NCBI GenBank assembly: GCA_964534625.1
Contig: CAZHRF010000020.1
Coordinates: 1-50,438, forward strand
Direction: 5' to 3'
Length of the DNA: 50,438 nt
From: an uncultured archaeon
GTDB taxonomy: Archaea; Asgardarchaeota; Heimdallarchaeia; Heimdallarchaeales; Heimdallarchaeaceae
The notes beneath the pieces were generated by a model, which did no database searches, was not told the DNA's origin, and was given only the letters and a program-made list of their open reading frames with translations. Shown one piece after another: positions 21,383 to 31,310 of the stretch (its first letter is position 1; each line of letters opens with the position of its first letter). Position numbers and translations under genes: made by a program.

Positions 21383-22041
21383 TGATTGTCCCTCATTATA
21401 ATATTGTCCAAATGTTTTGTAATGTTTTCTATTTCAGATTGAAATTGTTCAAAATTGTCTCTTCTAATTACAGCTTCTATAACATAATTATCTGAACCAA
21501 ATGCATGTGCAGGAGATATTCTAATTGCGTCCCAATTGAAGGTGACAGCATTATAATTGCTTGTTAACCTGATTCCATGTACTTTCCAAGCCTCATTGTT
21601 AAATAGGTTATTCAAACTTCTTATTGGTTCGATATCTATCTTTTGAAATACTTCTGATATCTTTTTTGAACTGAATTTTGGAATTGTTATAATGCCTTCT
21701 AGGTATTGGATATTTTTTAGATAATCATATTGTGAATTTTGAATAGTTGATAAAATTTGCTTAAAAGCACTAACAACATTGGATCGATTCGATCCAATTT
21801 CTAACATTTTTTTTGTAATATTATAAACCAAAATAAATTCTTCTTGATCTATTAAGGTAATATTGTTAATATTTCTATTTGATAAACCTTGCTTCAATGA
21901 TTCCATTGGAACACTATATCCAGCATCGCTAAAGATATTTATTAAAAAACCAAGTTCTAGAGGATATAAAAAATTAATCATAATCCTAGAATCTGTTAAC
22001 TTAATCTTTTTTGGCTTAATACTTGTTCTATGATCATCCAT
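21379..22041 (-). CDS. Hypothetical alpha/beta protein, possibly TIGR04255-like; first gene of cassette 1
   Basis: 220 aa, operon position, beta-rich pattern. Family call is tentative. Confidence 0.5.
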   Translation of the reverse strand: MDDHRTSIKPKKIKLTDSRIMINFLYPLELGFLINIFSDAGYSVPMESLKQGLSNRNINNITLIDQEEFILVYNITKKMLEIGSNRSNVVSAFKQILSTIQNSQYDYLKNIQYLEGIITIPKFSSKKISEVFQKIDIEPIRSLNNLFNNEAWKVHGIRLTSNYNAVTFNWDAIRISPAHAFGSDNYVIEAVIRRDNFEQFQSEIENITKHLDNIIMRDNQ

Positions 22042-22302
22042 TCTAACTCACATTAAATTTGCCATATGAATTTATAAAGTATTTGTAAACTAAATTTCAA
22101 AATTTTTTCAATACAGTCTTATTAAAAAAAGTTGGGTCGCACCTTACTTAGAGATTCGATTCAATTTTTCTAATATATAGTCTCTTTTTGAAAGATTATT
22201 ATCAGTAATACTTCCTTTTTGTAATTTATCTCCAATATTAACTCTTGACGCCTGTGCTTTTACAATATGTTAATTATGTACTTTTCTTCTATAAGCTGAG
22301 AA

Positions 22303-22503
22303 TTGATGACAGTTAGAAATGTTTCAATCTCTAATGAAACTTATGAAATATTGGTTAAATTAAAACTACCTAATGAAGAAATTGGAGATGTAATTAGAAG
22401 ATTATGTGAGGAGAAAACTGTTAAAAAGTTATTACAAACAATCTCATCACAACCATATTGGAGTGATATGCCTGAAGATGAGTACAAAGCATTCAAAGAA
22501 TAA
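22303..22503 (+). CDS. Orphan VapB-type antitoxin (DUF217-like), possibly truncated
   Basis: VRNVSISNETYEILVKLK..NE.IGDVIRRL. No toxin downstream. Confidence 0.65.
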   Translation: MMTVRNVSISNETYEILVKLKLPNEEIGDVIRRLCEEKTVKKLLQTISSQPYWSDMPEDEYKAFKE

Positions 22504-22645
22504 CCCTAAAAATAAATGATTATGAAAAAAGATAAGGAGAGAAAGGGTAGTGATAAGAATATATTTCTTTTTTGAAAACATTTCCTTGTGTAATTACGAT
22601 ACAACAAGAGTTACAAATAATATTTCTGTCAAAATATATTTTAAA

Positions 22646-24190
22646 TTATTCAAGTATGCTTCCAATTGCTGATGATAATTCATTTAAATTAGAACAAGAA
22701 AAGACATAGTCACAATATTCTACGTACTGGCCAATAATAGAATCACCAGTGTTCCAAAGACCCTTGTCTTCAGGATTTATCCATATAACTTTGTTCACTT
22801 TGCTTTTCCATAAAGATAAGAGATTAGTTCTTGAATCTCTATAATTATTTCTTGCATCACCAATAATAATCAATGATGTTCTTCGAGTAAGAATGTGAGA
22901 ATATAAATCATTAAAGTTAGAGAAAGCAATACCAAAATTACTATAACCCATATGATCTACATTTGTACTCTTGAGAAGTTTTAATATGGAATTGGGATCC
23001 TTTTCCATATTGTCGAATGCTATTTCATCAATTTCACTTACAAAAACAAATGATCTTACTTTTGACACCATATTGTGAAGTTCTGATAGGAACAACAAGA
23101 AAAAACCAACAGAAGAAACAACAGAACCAGAAATGTCACACAATGTAACTATTTCAGGTTTTCTTATTCTTTTTCGTTGCAAGATTATATCAATAGGAAC
23201 ACCACCATATTGAATACTTTTTCTCAGAGTCTTCTTAATATTTAATTTACCATAAATAGACTTCTTTCTTCGATAACTTATTCTTGTTGCCAATTTTTGG
23301 GCTAGAGTGTGAATTAGAACTTTAAACTGAGCTGCATACTCTAAATTCAAATGCTTAAGAGGAGTATTTAGCAGAGTAGAGTAAGAATAACCATACTTGA
23401 TATTGTTTCTATCATTAACGGATTGTGCAGCGAAGTAAGTTTCAAGATAGAATAATAAACGCTCCTTAAAATATACCATATTAGGAATGGCGTTTCGGGA
23501 TAATTCAGAAAGAAGAGTTTGACTCTCATAATGCTTACTAAGATCTAAAAGCAGTTTACTTAACTCAAGATTGAGATTGTTCCAGTCAATAAGATCTATA
23601 TCAATTGATGATGTGGATTGGTTTATTGAACCTATTTCTTCCTCTGTGTATTGTTTTCTCCAAGAGCACTCCTGTTGTTCTTTCTCATTTTTAACATATC
23701 TTTCTGCCATTTCTTGGGCAAGTAAGTCAATCACACCTTTTGGTGATAAAACTAACTGTGTGAGTAAGTGACTATAAGTGAAATTTTCAGCTAATTCGCT
23801 AACTGTTTTTTCAACTTGACGACGATGTTCAGAATACGGTTTTGTATCACTATTATCGCTTTCTCCACCCCTACGTTGATTCTGTCCAAGTTTCTTTTTT
23901 GTTGGTTTTCCTAATCCCTTGAGGTTAAGTTCCTTCCGCAGACCCCTCTTAGATAATTTTCTATTTGCTTTACGCTTGTGTTCTCTGAAAAATTCATTAA
24001 AAATATAGTCAAAAATGGGATATTCTACATGGGATTTTATTAAAGTACACCTCAGAGTTAAATAGAAAATATTACTGTCAAAAACAGATATTTTTTGAAG
24101 GGCTTTGTAACAGTCCATTTTATCTGAAATGGAAATTTTTATTCCTGCTTCCTTCAATAAATCTATGAACTCACTTACTAATTTTTCCAC
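22646..24190 (-). CDS. vWA-domain CoxE-like protein
   Basis: FIDLLKEAGIKIS; GKLNIKKTLRKS..YGGVP; MIDAS CDISGS; IIGDARNNY; WINPE..W.TGDS. Confidence 0.9.
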   Translation of the reverse strand: MEKLVSEFIDLLKEAGIKISISDKMDCYKALQKISVFDSNIFYLTLRCTLIKSHVEYPIFDYIFNEFFREHKRKANRKLSKRGLRKELNLKGLGKPTKKKLGQNQRRGGESDNSDTKPYSEHRRQVEKTVSELAENFTYSHLLTQLVLSPKGVIDLLAQEMAERYVKNEKEQQECSWRKQYTEEEIGSINQSTSSIDIDLIDWNNLNLELSKLLLDLSKHYESQTLLSELSRNAIPNMVYFKERLLFYLETYFAAQSVNDRNNIKYGYSYSTLLNTPLKHLNLEYAAQFKVLIHTLAQKLATRISYRRKKSIYGKLNIKKTLRKSIQYGGVPIDIILQRKRIRKPEIVTLCDISGSVVSSVGFFLLFLSELHNMVSKVRSFVFVSEIDEIAFDNMEKDPNSILKLLKSTNVDHMGYSNFGIAFSNFNDLYSHILTRRTSLIIIGDARNNYRDSRTNLLSLWKSKVNKVIWINPEDKGLWNTGDSIIGQYVEYCDYVFSCSNLNELSSAIGSILE

Positions 24191-26172
24191 TACGCACCAC
24201 CACCTACTATCTCCAAAAGAATTTTTTTCACATTTCCCTTTTCTAGAGGAAGCAAACCTTGAACTAGAACAGGAATATTAGATTGTGGATGATTTTTGTG
24301 AATGTTTAACAAAACTTCTGCAGCTTTTGTTCTCATACTACGCGTCAAAGTACCCCCTAATAATAAAGAAAAAATAAGAGAAGTAAATGATGCGGGTACA
24401 GGATTGGTTAATAACACAGAAAAAATACAGAACCAATCTTTACTAGTTACAGTTTTAAACAGTTCCCCCATAACTTCTGCTAGTTCGTGGTCTAGAATAC
24501 TCCGGATCATTTTTTTCTTGTAAAACACTGGACTAGTGGAAAAGGTAGATAAAATCTGTTCTGATTTCCAGTTACTTAGGTCTGGATTCTGTTGTAAAAA
24601 TTTATCACTATTATTCGCTACTACTCGTCCTTTAGGGGTAAGACAAAGAAGAGGAATGGAATAGGAGTAACTCTTATAGGTTTTAACATAGATGAAATCA
24701 GATGATATGGCCTCATTGATTAGATTAGTAATAATACTCTGGGTTAAATAAGATAACTTTGTATATTGGGAATTTTCTTGAAGGTTATTTTCAGTTACAA
24801 CCTTACTCTTTGACCCATTAAGTATGAGGGATAAAGCGTTCCTACCTACTTTTCCTTCTACCTCACTTAAAGCTAAAAGAATGTAGACTATCTGGGGTGG
24901 AACAGATGGTTCAGTAAAATTATACTCGTCGGCTTTTTCAAGAGCGGTAAGCAATCGCTCCTTTATTTTTTGTAATTTGCTAGTGTATTTTGCTTGATGA
25001 CCATACTTATAACGACACGAACAGACAGGAAATCCCCTATTATGAACAACACTATTGGCATCTAAATCAAATTCCAATTTTCTAATTCCACTATGAACAT
25101 ATTTGAACATCTTTTCAATACGAGATGAAGAGACACCTAATTTCCAAAGAAACAGTTCTTTTTCATGGATATTCTCTTTTATCTGTGTAATTTCAAGGGT
25201 GATATCTTTCAATAGGTTTGCATTTTCATCATGAAACTTGTAATATATGTCCTCATAGTCAGATAGAAGCAAATTGTTTAGATGTTCTAGATTTTCTCCC
25301 AACTTTTCCTTAGAGGGGGAGGGTAGACGATTGTCTACGAACCAGTCCTTGCATTTTTCCCGGAAATGTTTGACATAATCATCAAAACATTTTTTCATAC
25401 TTTGTTTTTTGATCAACCTATAGGTTTTCTTCAGTTTTTTAAATTGGGGGAGGTGACACAAGTCATACTGGTAAGAAAAGTTCAGAAAACTAAGTTTAGG
25501 ATTTATTTCAAAATCATACAATAGAGGTGAAAAATCATCAGTAAAAAAAGCAACTAAATCTTTTATTCTTCTAAAGAGGAAAGATTCCATAGGTTTGGCT
25601 TTAGATACCGTTACTTTGAGTTTGTCAAAAATATCAATGCACATAGAAAGAAGCTCGTCATTCTTGTCCAGCCCAAAATATAACCACTCTTCAAGAACTT
25701 CTTGTCGTTCATCCCATTTAGTAATAATCTCGTTTACAATAGGAAGAAAAGGATCTATTCCTGTATATTCCATATTTTCAAGCATCTCAGTCTTAATAGG
25801 TTTCCCATTAATAGCAGAGAGTAACTGTAACAGATCTTCTCTTTCTTTTTCTCCTAATTGTTCAAAATTCCCCTCGTAATTCGTTGGATCTTGCTCTAAT
25901 TTTTTTCCCTCTTGGTACAACATATACTTGTACATTGAATCTTCAAGATCTATGATTTTTGGTAATGCCTTTAAAAACAAGTCCCAACGCAGTTTAGAAC
26001 GACATGTACTTTTGCTCGAAGACGAAACATAAACATAAACATAGTTGGAATCATGTGAATCATATATACCCAAACGCCTTGAATTCTTATTTCCTCTATA
26101 TCTAAGCAAGACCAACTGACCTTTCTCCAGATTTGGGTCTCTTGAAACAGTTTCTGTACTAGATCCAGTCAA
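24190..26172 (-). CDS. 660-aa protein with RQC (RecQ C-terminal) winged-helix domain and helical C-terminus
   Basis: GKVGRNALSLILNGSKSK...YTKLSYLT...I...I...FI...PLLCLTPKG. SD-like aggtg before the TTG start. Confidence 0.7.
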   Translation of the reverse strand: MTGSSTETVSRDPNLEKGQLVLLRYRGNKNSRRLGIYDSHDSNYVYVYVSSSSKSTCRSKLRWDLFLKALPKIIDLEDSMYKYMLYQEGKKLEQDPTNYEGNFEQLGEKEREDLLQLLSAINGKPIKTEMLENMEYTGIDPFLPIVNEIITKWDERQEVLEEWLYFGLDKNDELLSMCIDIFDKLKVTVSKAKPMESFLFRRIKDLVAFFTDDFSPLLYDFEINPKLSFLNFSYQYDLCHLPQFKKLKKTYRLIKKQSMKKCFDDYVKHFREKCKDWFVDNRLPSPSKEKLGENLEHLNNLLLSDYEDIYYKFHDENANLLKDITLEITQIKENIHEKELFLWKLGVSSSRIEKMFKYVHSGIRKLEFDLDANSVVHNRGFPVCSCRYKYGHQAKYTSKLQKIKERLLTALEKADEYNFTEPSVPPQIVYILLALSEVEGKVGRNALSLILNGSKSKVVTENNLQENSQYTKLSYLTQSIITNLINEAISSDFIYVKTYKSYSYSIPLLCLTPKGRVVANNSDKFLQQNPDLSNWKSEQILSTFSTSPVFYKKKMIRSILDHELAEVMGELFKTVTSKDWFCIFSVLLTNPVPASFTSLIFSLLLGGTLTRSMRTKAAEVLLNIHKNHPQSNIPVLVQGLLPLEKGNVKKILLEIVGGGA

Positions 26173-26192
26173 AGTGATACACCTTTACAAGA

Positions 26193-27104
26193 CTATGTCT
26201 CTATAAATTGCTTAATTTGTCGTTTAGCTTTCTTCAAATCCGTTTTGTGCTTAAGTAAAAGGTTGAGGGTATTCTCTATCATTTCTTTATCAAGTGTGTC
26301 AACATTTAATGAAACAAGAGCAGTAGCTCAATCAATACTCTCTGCTATACTAGGCATTTTTTTCCACTCACGGCGTCGAAGATGTTCAATAAAGGACAGA
26401 ATCTCTTGATTTAACTTCTCAGTCACTCCTGGAACTTTTAGTTTAATAATCTCCATTTCTTGTTCTGATGAAGGAAAATCTATGTAAAGATAAATACATC
26501 TACGCTTTAAAGCATCTGATAATTCACGTGTATTATTGCTTGTTAAAACAACAAATGGATGATGCTTAGCCTTTACTGTCCCAATTTCGGGAATACTAAC
26601 TTGAAAATCACTCAACGCTTCAAGTAAAAAACCCTCAGTTTCTCGATCACTCCGGTCTATTTCATCAATCAAAAGAACTACAGGAGTATCACATACTAAA
26701 GCCTGTAATAAAGGTCGGGGTTGAATAAAGTCAAAACTAAAGAAAGCATCATCTTGATTTTGAACTTTATGGACGGCTTCAATAAGTGAAGAAGTGTCAG
26801 ATAGAAATTCGTTAATTTTGCCACGTAGAACTTCAGCATATAAAAGCTGTTTGGAATAAGCCCATTCATATAATATATGGGTTTCATCAATCCCCTCATA
26901 ACACTGAAGACGGATTAGACGACGATTCATGATAGTAGCAAGGACTTTAGCCAATTCGGTTTTACCAACACCAGGTTCGCCTTCAACCAATAAAGGCTTA
27001 CCCAACTTATGAGCAAGCCATATAGCTGTTGTAATATCAGTACCACAAATATATTTGGCCTTATTTCTAAAATCGTGTTGTATAGATTCGACTGATTCTA
27101 AAAT
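26193..27104 (-). pseudogene. MoxR/CoxD-type AAA+ ATPase with in-frame TGA at 26328..26330 (conserved Trp position)
   Basis: GEPGVGKT, RLQCYEG, LLIDEIDR, ELSDALKRRC, PSIAESID*ATAL. Frame stays open 44 aa to TAG 26193. ggaggt precedes ATT at 27104. Confidence 0.85.
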
Positions 27105-27205
27105 AGTTATACCTCCTTGATAGTAATTTAAAGACATATACATATAAAAACATATCAGAGATAGAAAAGTTAAATGACGGGATGAAGCTTCAGTTACGAT
27201 TTCAT

Positions 27206-29395
27206 TCAAAGTCTAATAATTTCTTTTTTGAGTATCTTTTTCAACATTTTTTGATTCAAACGAGAGAGACCTTCACCACGCCTTGATGAATTGAGAAGCG
27301 TCTCGTTTCTATTTTTATGCTGAAGTAACAATAATGCCCGTTCGAATAAAGATAAAACTGCCTTGTCTCGTTTATTTTCTTGTCTATAGTCATTAAGTTT
27401 GTGTTCAATAATGTCAGCGGTCATCAGTAACTTCTTTTCTACACGTTGATCTGAAGTTAATTTTGCACTATACTTGAAAAAAGTATGCACCCAAATAGAA
27501 CGTATGCCATCATAGAAGAAATTTTGTTCAACAAACTTACGTATCCCTTCATCATTAGTCACTATAACAGGTACGATATCAGACTCATTATATTCAATAG
27601 CATTCTGAATGATATTATAGTCATAATACTCTTTCTTATCAAAAGTGGGGCGTTTAAGGTTCTCATTTATTTCAACAAGAAATTGTTTTTGAGTATCACC
27701 TATGGTATATTGTTGAAAGTTCATCAATGATCTGATAAGAGAAATATTATCTTTATACCGCACAGGTAAATCAGAAAGTATACTTGGAGGAGCAATATAA
27801 TCACTAATGGAGCTCTCTTCATAAAGTGGGGCTATTAGGGACAATACATCAAGTAAAGAATAGTCAATAAGGTAGCACAGAAGATTGGTGTCAAAAATGA
27901 ACAGAAAGTAGGGAGTAGACTCTTTAAGTAATTGCTCTTCTTTTTTGATTTTTAGCATGTATCGTCTAAAATAGCGCTTTTTATAATCAGCAAGAATATT
28001 AGTATATTCTAAGGCTTTAGTAGCATAAATTTTAGCAAGCTTGTATTCTCTATGGAAAAAAGCTTGGCGTTTTAACTGAAGGAAAGCTTCAACAATAAGC
28101 AAGTGATGATAAATTTCCAAATCGATGGAATAATAACCTAGTTTAATACCTATAAAACGATTGATTTTATCAGATATACGACTTAAAGTGCTCTTTCTCA
28201 AGCTTTGTTGAATTTCATTGAAATAGAAAGAATGGAGGGTGAAAAGAGCTTGTAAGGTTGGATCAGATTCAAACCTTTTGCCTAATTCTTTGCCTAAATC
28301 AAAAAATATCTGTTGCAAGGGATTATTTGTCCAATGTTTTAAACCAAGCATAAAGCATAGATGTATGATAAGGTTCAAATTTTCCTCTTTAGATAGATCT
28401 GTACAAGTTAATTCTTGCTCTAATCTATAGATTAGTGTTTTAAATGACCAAGGTTTGAAAAGTTTTTGAAAGAATCCCACATCAGGTTGACAAGGATTAT
28501 CATGTAAATAATGAATAAATTCTTGAAGGGAGCCATCATAATCAGATGTAGAGACAGTTTTAAGAAGGATTAAAAGCCTAGAAACAAGAGAGTATTCGGA
28601 AGACAAATCCAAAATACTCCTGATTTGTGTCCACTCATCTACTTTTATATGTCGTTTTTTTGCTTCGCTATAAATAGCATAAAGCACTTCTTTCAAATCT
28701 AATGTTTCTATGGGTGTATTTAGTTCCAGAAATGTGATATGGTGTAATAGCTCTCGCCTGGACTGAATTTTATGGTATCTTCCACAACCTTTCCATCCTG
28801 TAATCATGTTAACAAAGGTGTTATTGATGCAAGAGGTAAATAGTTGATAATAATCCATGTTATAATGGAGTAAATTGGCTAAATAGAGTACCCAATTATA
28901 AAAGCCATAATTAGAAAAAACCTCATAAGAAGCCTCCAATAAGAGATGAAAAGAATATGATCGATCTAGAAAGTTTCCAGCCAAAACGTACTCTATCTCA
29001 TGGGTTTGGTACCACAAAGAAGCTATCTTATGTTTGACAATCTTACGAGAGAACTTAACCCGGAAAGGTTTAGTCAATTCTTGGTTGTTGACTACATACG
29101 TTAAAATCACAAAAGAGGGAGTATTCTGATTAACAACGAAAGAATTGATGTAAAGATCAACTAGAACCGTTTGATCTACTCCTATAGTTTGTGATTCTTC
29201 AAAATCAATCTCAGCATAGCCACCCTTTATGCGAGAATAAAATTCAATGTTGGAAATGACTAATACCTTGTTAGTCCAATTTTGTATTCTTAGCTGTAAA
29301 TTATAATCAAATCCACCTAATTGTTCTGATGAATCCGAGTATATTACTGAAAGATTTCCTTTAATATCATACTCTTTTTTTTTTGCGTCTACCAT
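27206..29395 (-). CDS. 729-aa protein: beta-sandwich-like N-terminus, helical middle, C-terminal PIN nuclease domain
   Basis: FIFDTNLL, APPSILSDL, YYDYNII, VIVTNDEGI form a PIN-type acidic set. Confidence 0.65.
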   Translation of the reverse strand: MVDAKKKEYDIKGNLSVIYSDSSEQLGGFDYNLQLRIQNWTNKVLVISNIEFYSRIKGGYAEIDFEESQTIGVDQTVLVDLYINSFVVNQNTPSFVILTYVVNNQELTKPFRVKFSRKIVKHKIASLWYQTHEIEYVLAGNFLDRSYSFHLLLEASYEVFSNYGFYNWVLYLANLLHYNMDYYQLFTSCINNTFVNMITGWKGCGRYHKIQSRRELLHHITFLELNTPIETLDLKEVLYAIYSEAKKRHIKVDEWTQIRSILDLSSEYSLVSRLLILLKTVSTSDYDGSLQEFIHYLHDNPCQPDVGFFQKLFKPWSFKTLIYRLEQELTCTDLSKEENLNLIIHLCFMLGLKHWTNNPLQQIFFDLGKELGKRFESDPTLQALFTLHSFYFNEIQQSLRKSTLSRISDKINRFIGIKLGYYSIDLEIYHHLLIVEAFLQLKRQAFFHREYKLAKIYATKALEYTNILADYKKRYFRRYMLKIKKEEQLLKESTPYFLFIFDTNLLCYLIDYSLLDVLSLIAPLYEESSISDYIAPPSILSDLPVRYKDNISLIRSLMNFQQYTIGDTQKQFLVEINENLKRPTFDKKEYYDYNIIQNAIEYNESDIVPVIVTNDEGIRKFVEQNFFYDGIRSIWVHTFFKYSAKLTSDQRVEKKLLMTADIIEHKLNDYRQENKRDKAVLSLFERALLLLQHKNRNETLLNSSRRGEGLSRLNQKMLKKILKKEIIRL

Positions 29396-29587
29396 ACCCT
29401 ATACCAGCCGTATAATTAAGAAAGACAGTTAAAGACTAATATAAACCTAAAACACATAATACCAAGTAAATGCTTACCCTCTAGTGTTCAAGATGTCTAA
29501 TAGTAATATAGGTAACAGAATATATAAGTTCCACGGAATTCCCTCAAAATTATAAAAAAGAGAGTGAAAAATATAATCAACAATACA

Positions 29588-30688
29588 CTACTTCTTTTTA
29601 CCTTTTCCTTTATCTTCTTGTTCATACCATTTGGTAAAGGCGATTTCAAGAGTATCTAAAACATCTGCCAACTCAGCCTCTTCTGCGGGAATTATTTTTC
29701 CATCTTTTAATGTGAGTTTTAAAACTCCAGAACCCACATTTTCTGCTAAAAACTTTTTAAACTCGTTTTCTTCCATTTCCATAGTTTCAATGGCTTCATC
29801 AATGCTGATTTCTCCATAAAGAGAAATCAGTCCTTTAAACCTATCAAGTTGTTTCTTTCTTGCTTCTTCATCAGAAATAGACGGTTGATCAATTGAAGAA
29901 CCAGTAAAAACCCAAGCTAAGGAGAGAGAAACAAGGGGGATGGAGAAAGCACTTAAAAACGAAAATATGAGACTTGCTATAAGAAAAGGAACTCGATCTT
30001 TTGAAACATTAACTTCACCCTCATTTTTCAGTCTAAAAAGACTCAAAATAGAAGTTGTATTATTACTCATGGTTACAAGAATAGATAGAATTTTTGCAAG
30101 TATATTTATAAGGAGAAAAATAATTATGAAAGTAAAATATGGCGAATCATAAAAAATAGGTTTTTCATAAACATATTGCATAATGTAATTATTAGTATAG
30201 ATATATGATACAGGATGTATAAGTATACCAGTTTTTCTTCCTAAAACCAGTAAAATATATTTATGAGTCAAATAAAAAAGTCCTAAAGGGGTGCTGAAAA
30301 TCTCAAAAAGTCGATTTCGTTTATCACTAAGATCCAAGGACAAAAATAAATAATTCGATACAAAAATAACTACTAATATAAGTATATGCACTACTTTCAT
30401 AAAATGGGGATAGAATATTTTTACTTCAACAATGTTATTTGAGCTACCAGCTCGACAATCGAATTCAACTTGATATATACCAAAAAATTTTAAGTTAAAT
30501 GGTTCAGGAACAATTGAACCATTTTCAAATTGTTTTGTTTCCAAATCGTTCTGTTGAGCATAATTATTCACTTGTTTTTCAATTAACCCTGGATACGGGA
30601 TGATAAAAAGCATAATAATAAAAACAAAAATTGTAATACTTAATACTCGATAAATACGCTTGATAATCAAATCTGTCTTTTGCCCCAT
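29588..30688 (-). CDS. Multi-pass membrane protein with C-terminal winged-helix/PCI-like domain (paralog of 16085..17185)
   Basis: Same length (366 aa). Shared LSLDL.DK.N..FEI..TPL, LSLAWVFTGSS, RKKQLDRFKG, LE.AF..WYEQE. Confidence 0.7.
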   Translation of the reverse strand: MGQKTDLIIKRIYRVLSITIFVFIIMLFIIPYPGLIEKQVNNYAQQNDLETKQFENGSIVPEPFNLKFFGIYQVEFDCRAGSSNNIVEVKIFYPHFMKVVHILILVVIFVSNYLFLSLDLSDKRNRLFEIFSTPLGLFYLTHKYILLVLGRKTGILIHPVSYIYTNNYIMQYVYEKPIFYDSPYFTFIIIFLLINILAKILSILVTMSNNTTSILSLFRLKNEGEVNVSKDRVPFLIASLIFSFLSAFSIPLVSLSLAWVFTGSSIDQPSISDEEARKKQLDRFKGLISLYGEISIDEAIETMEMEENEFKKFLAENVGSGVLKLTLKDGKIIPAEEAELADVLDTLEIAFTKWYEQEDKGKGKKK

Positions 30689-31049
30689 TCTAATTCCAGC
30701 CTATTCAACCCATTATCATTATGTGATTAATATAATATCTATTTAAATGTTACATAAAAGGCAAAAGCAAAATAAAAACAACAAAAGTGATAAAAACAAG
30801 TAAAAAAATCAAATTTAGAAAGTGAAAAGAACAGTACTTAGAAAAAGCCTATGAACAGGAAAGAAATTATAACGTATAAGCAATCTCCTAATTCAGCGTG
30901 ATTGTATAAATTTAGAACCATTAGTTCAAGATTTTTGTTCTATTTTTCAATTTGTTGTTCCTGGTAACTTTGCACAGTCCCTTTTTCGTTTTTGATATAA
31001 AACCCTAGCTGATTAGAAGAAAAAATAATGAAAAAAAATATCCCAGTGT

Positions 31050-31250
31050 TTAGCTTTTCTTTTTTGATTTTTCGTACTCTGTATAGGTATTCAATAAATC
31101 ATCAATATATTCCGCCATTTCGGTTACTTGGTTAAAAATAAACATTTGAGACATTGAATCATATTTACCTAACTTTGGTTCTTTTCTAAGGACGAACTCT
31201 AATGCTTTTTCAGTTTATTTTAAATCTAAACTTGTAAGTTCGGATAATCC
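31050..31250 (-). pseudogene. C-terminal gene remnant (winged-helix-like tail)
   Basis: LSELTSLDLK*TEKALEFVLRKEPKLGKYDSMSQMFIFNQVTEMAEYIDDLLNTYTEYEKSKKKS*. Confidence 0.4.
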
Positions 31251-31310
31251 AGGTAGTAAAACAGGAAATTCGGGTTTATAAATGTAAAAAAGCCAAGAAG
31301 TTTCACTCTT

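Noticed and set aside
19158-26330. TGA at Trp positions in MoxR, the DUF6516-like toxin and the ISH3 transposase, suggesting UGA=Trp recoding
   Set aside because: TGA is a true stop in intact genes (4081, 21379, 27206), TGG is used freely, and two of the three cases are otherwise decayed. G-to-A decay is sufficient.
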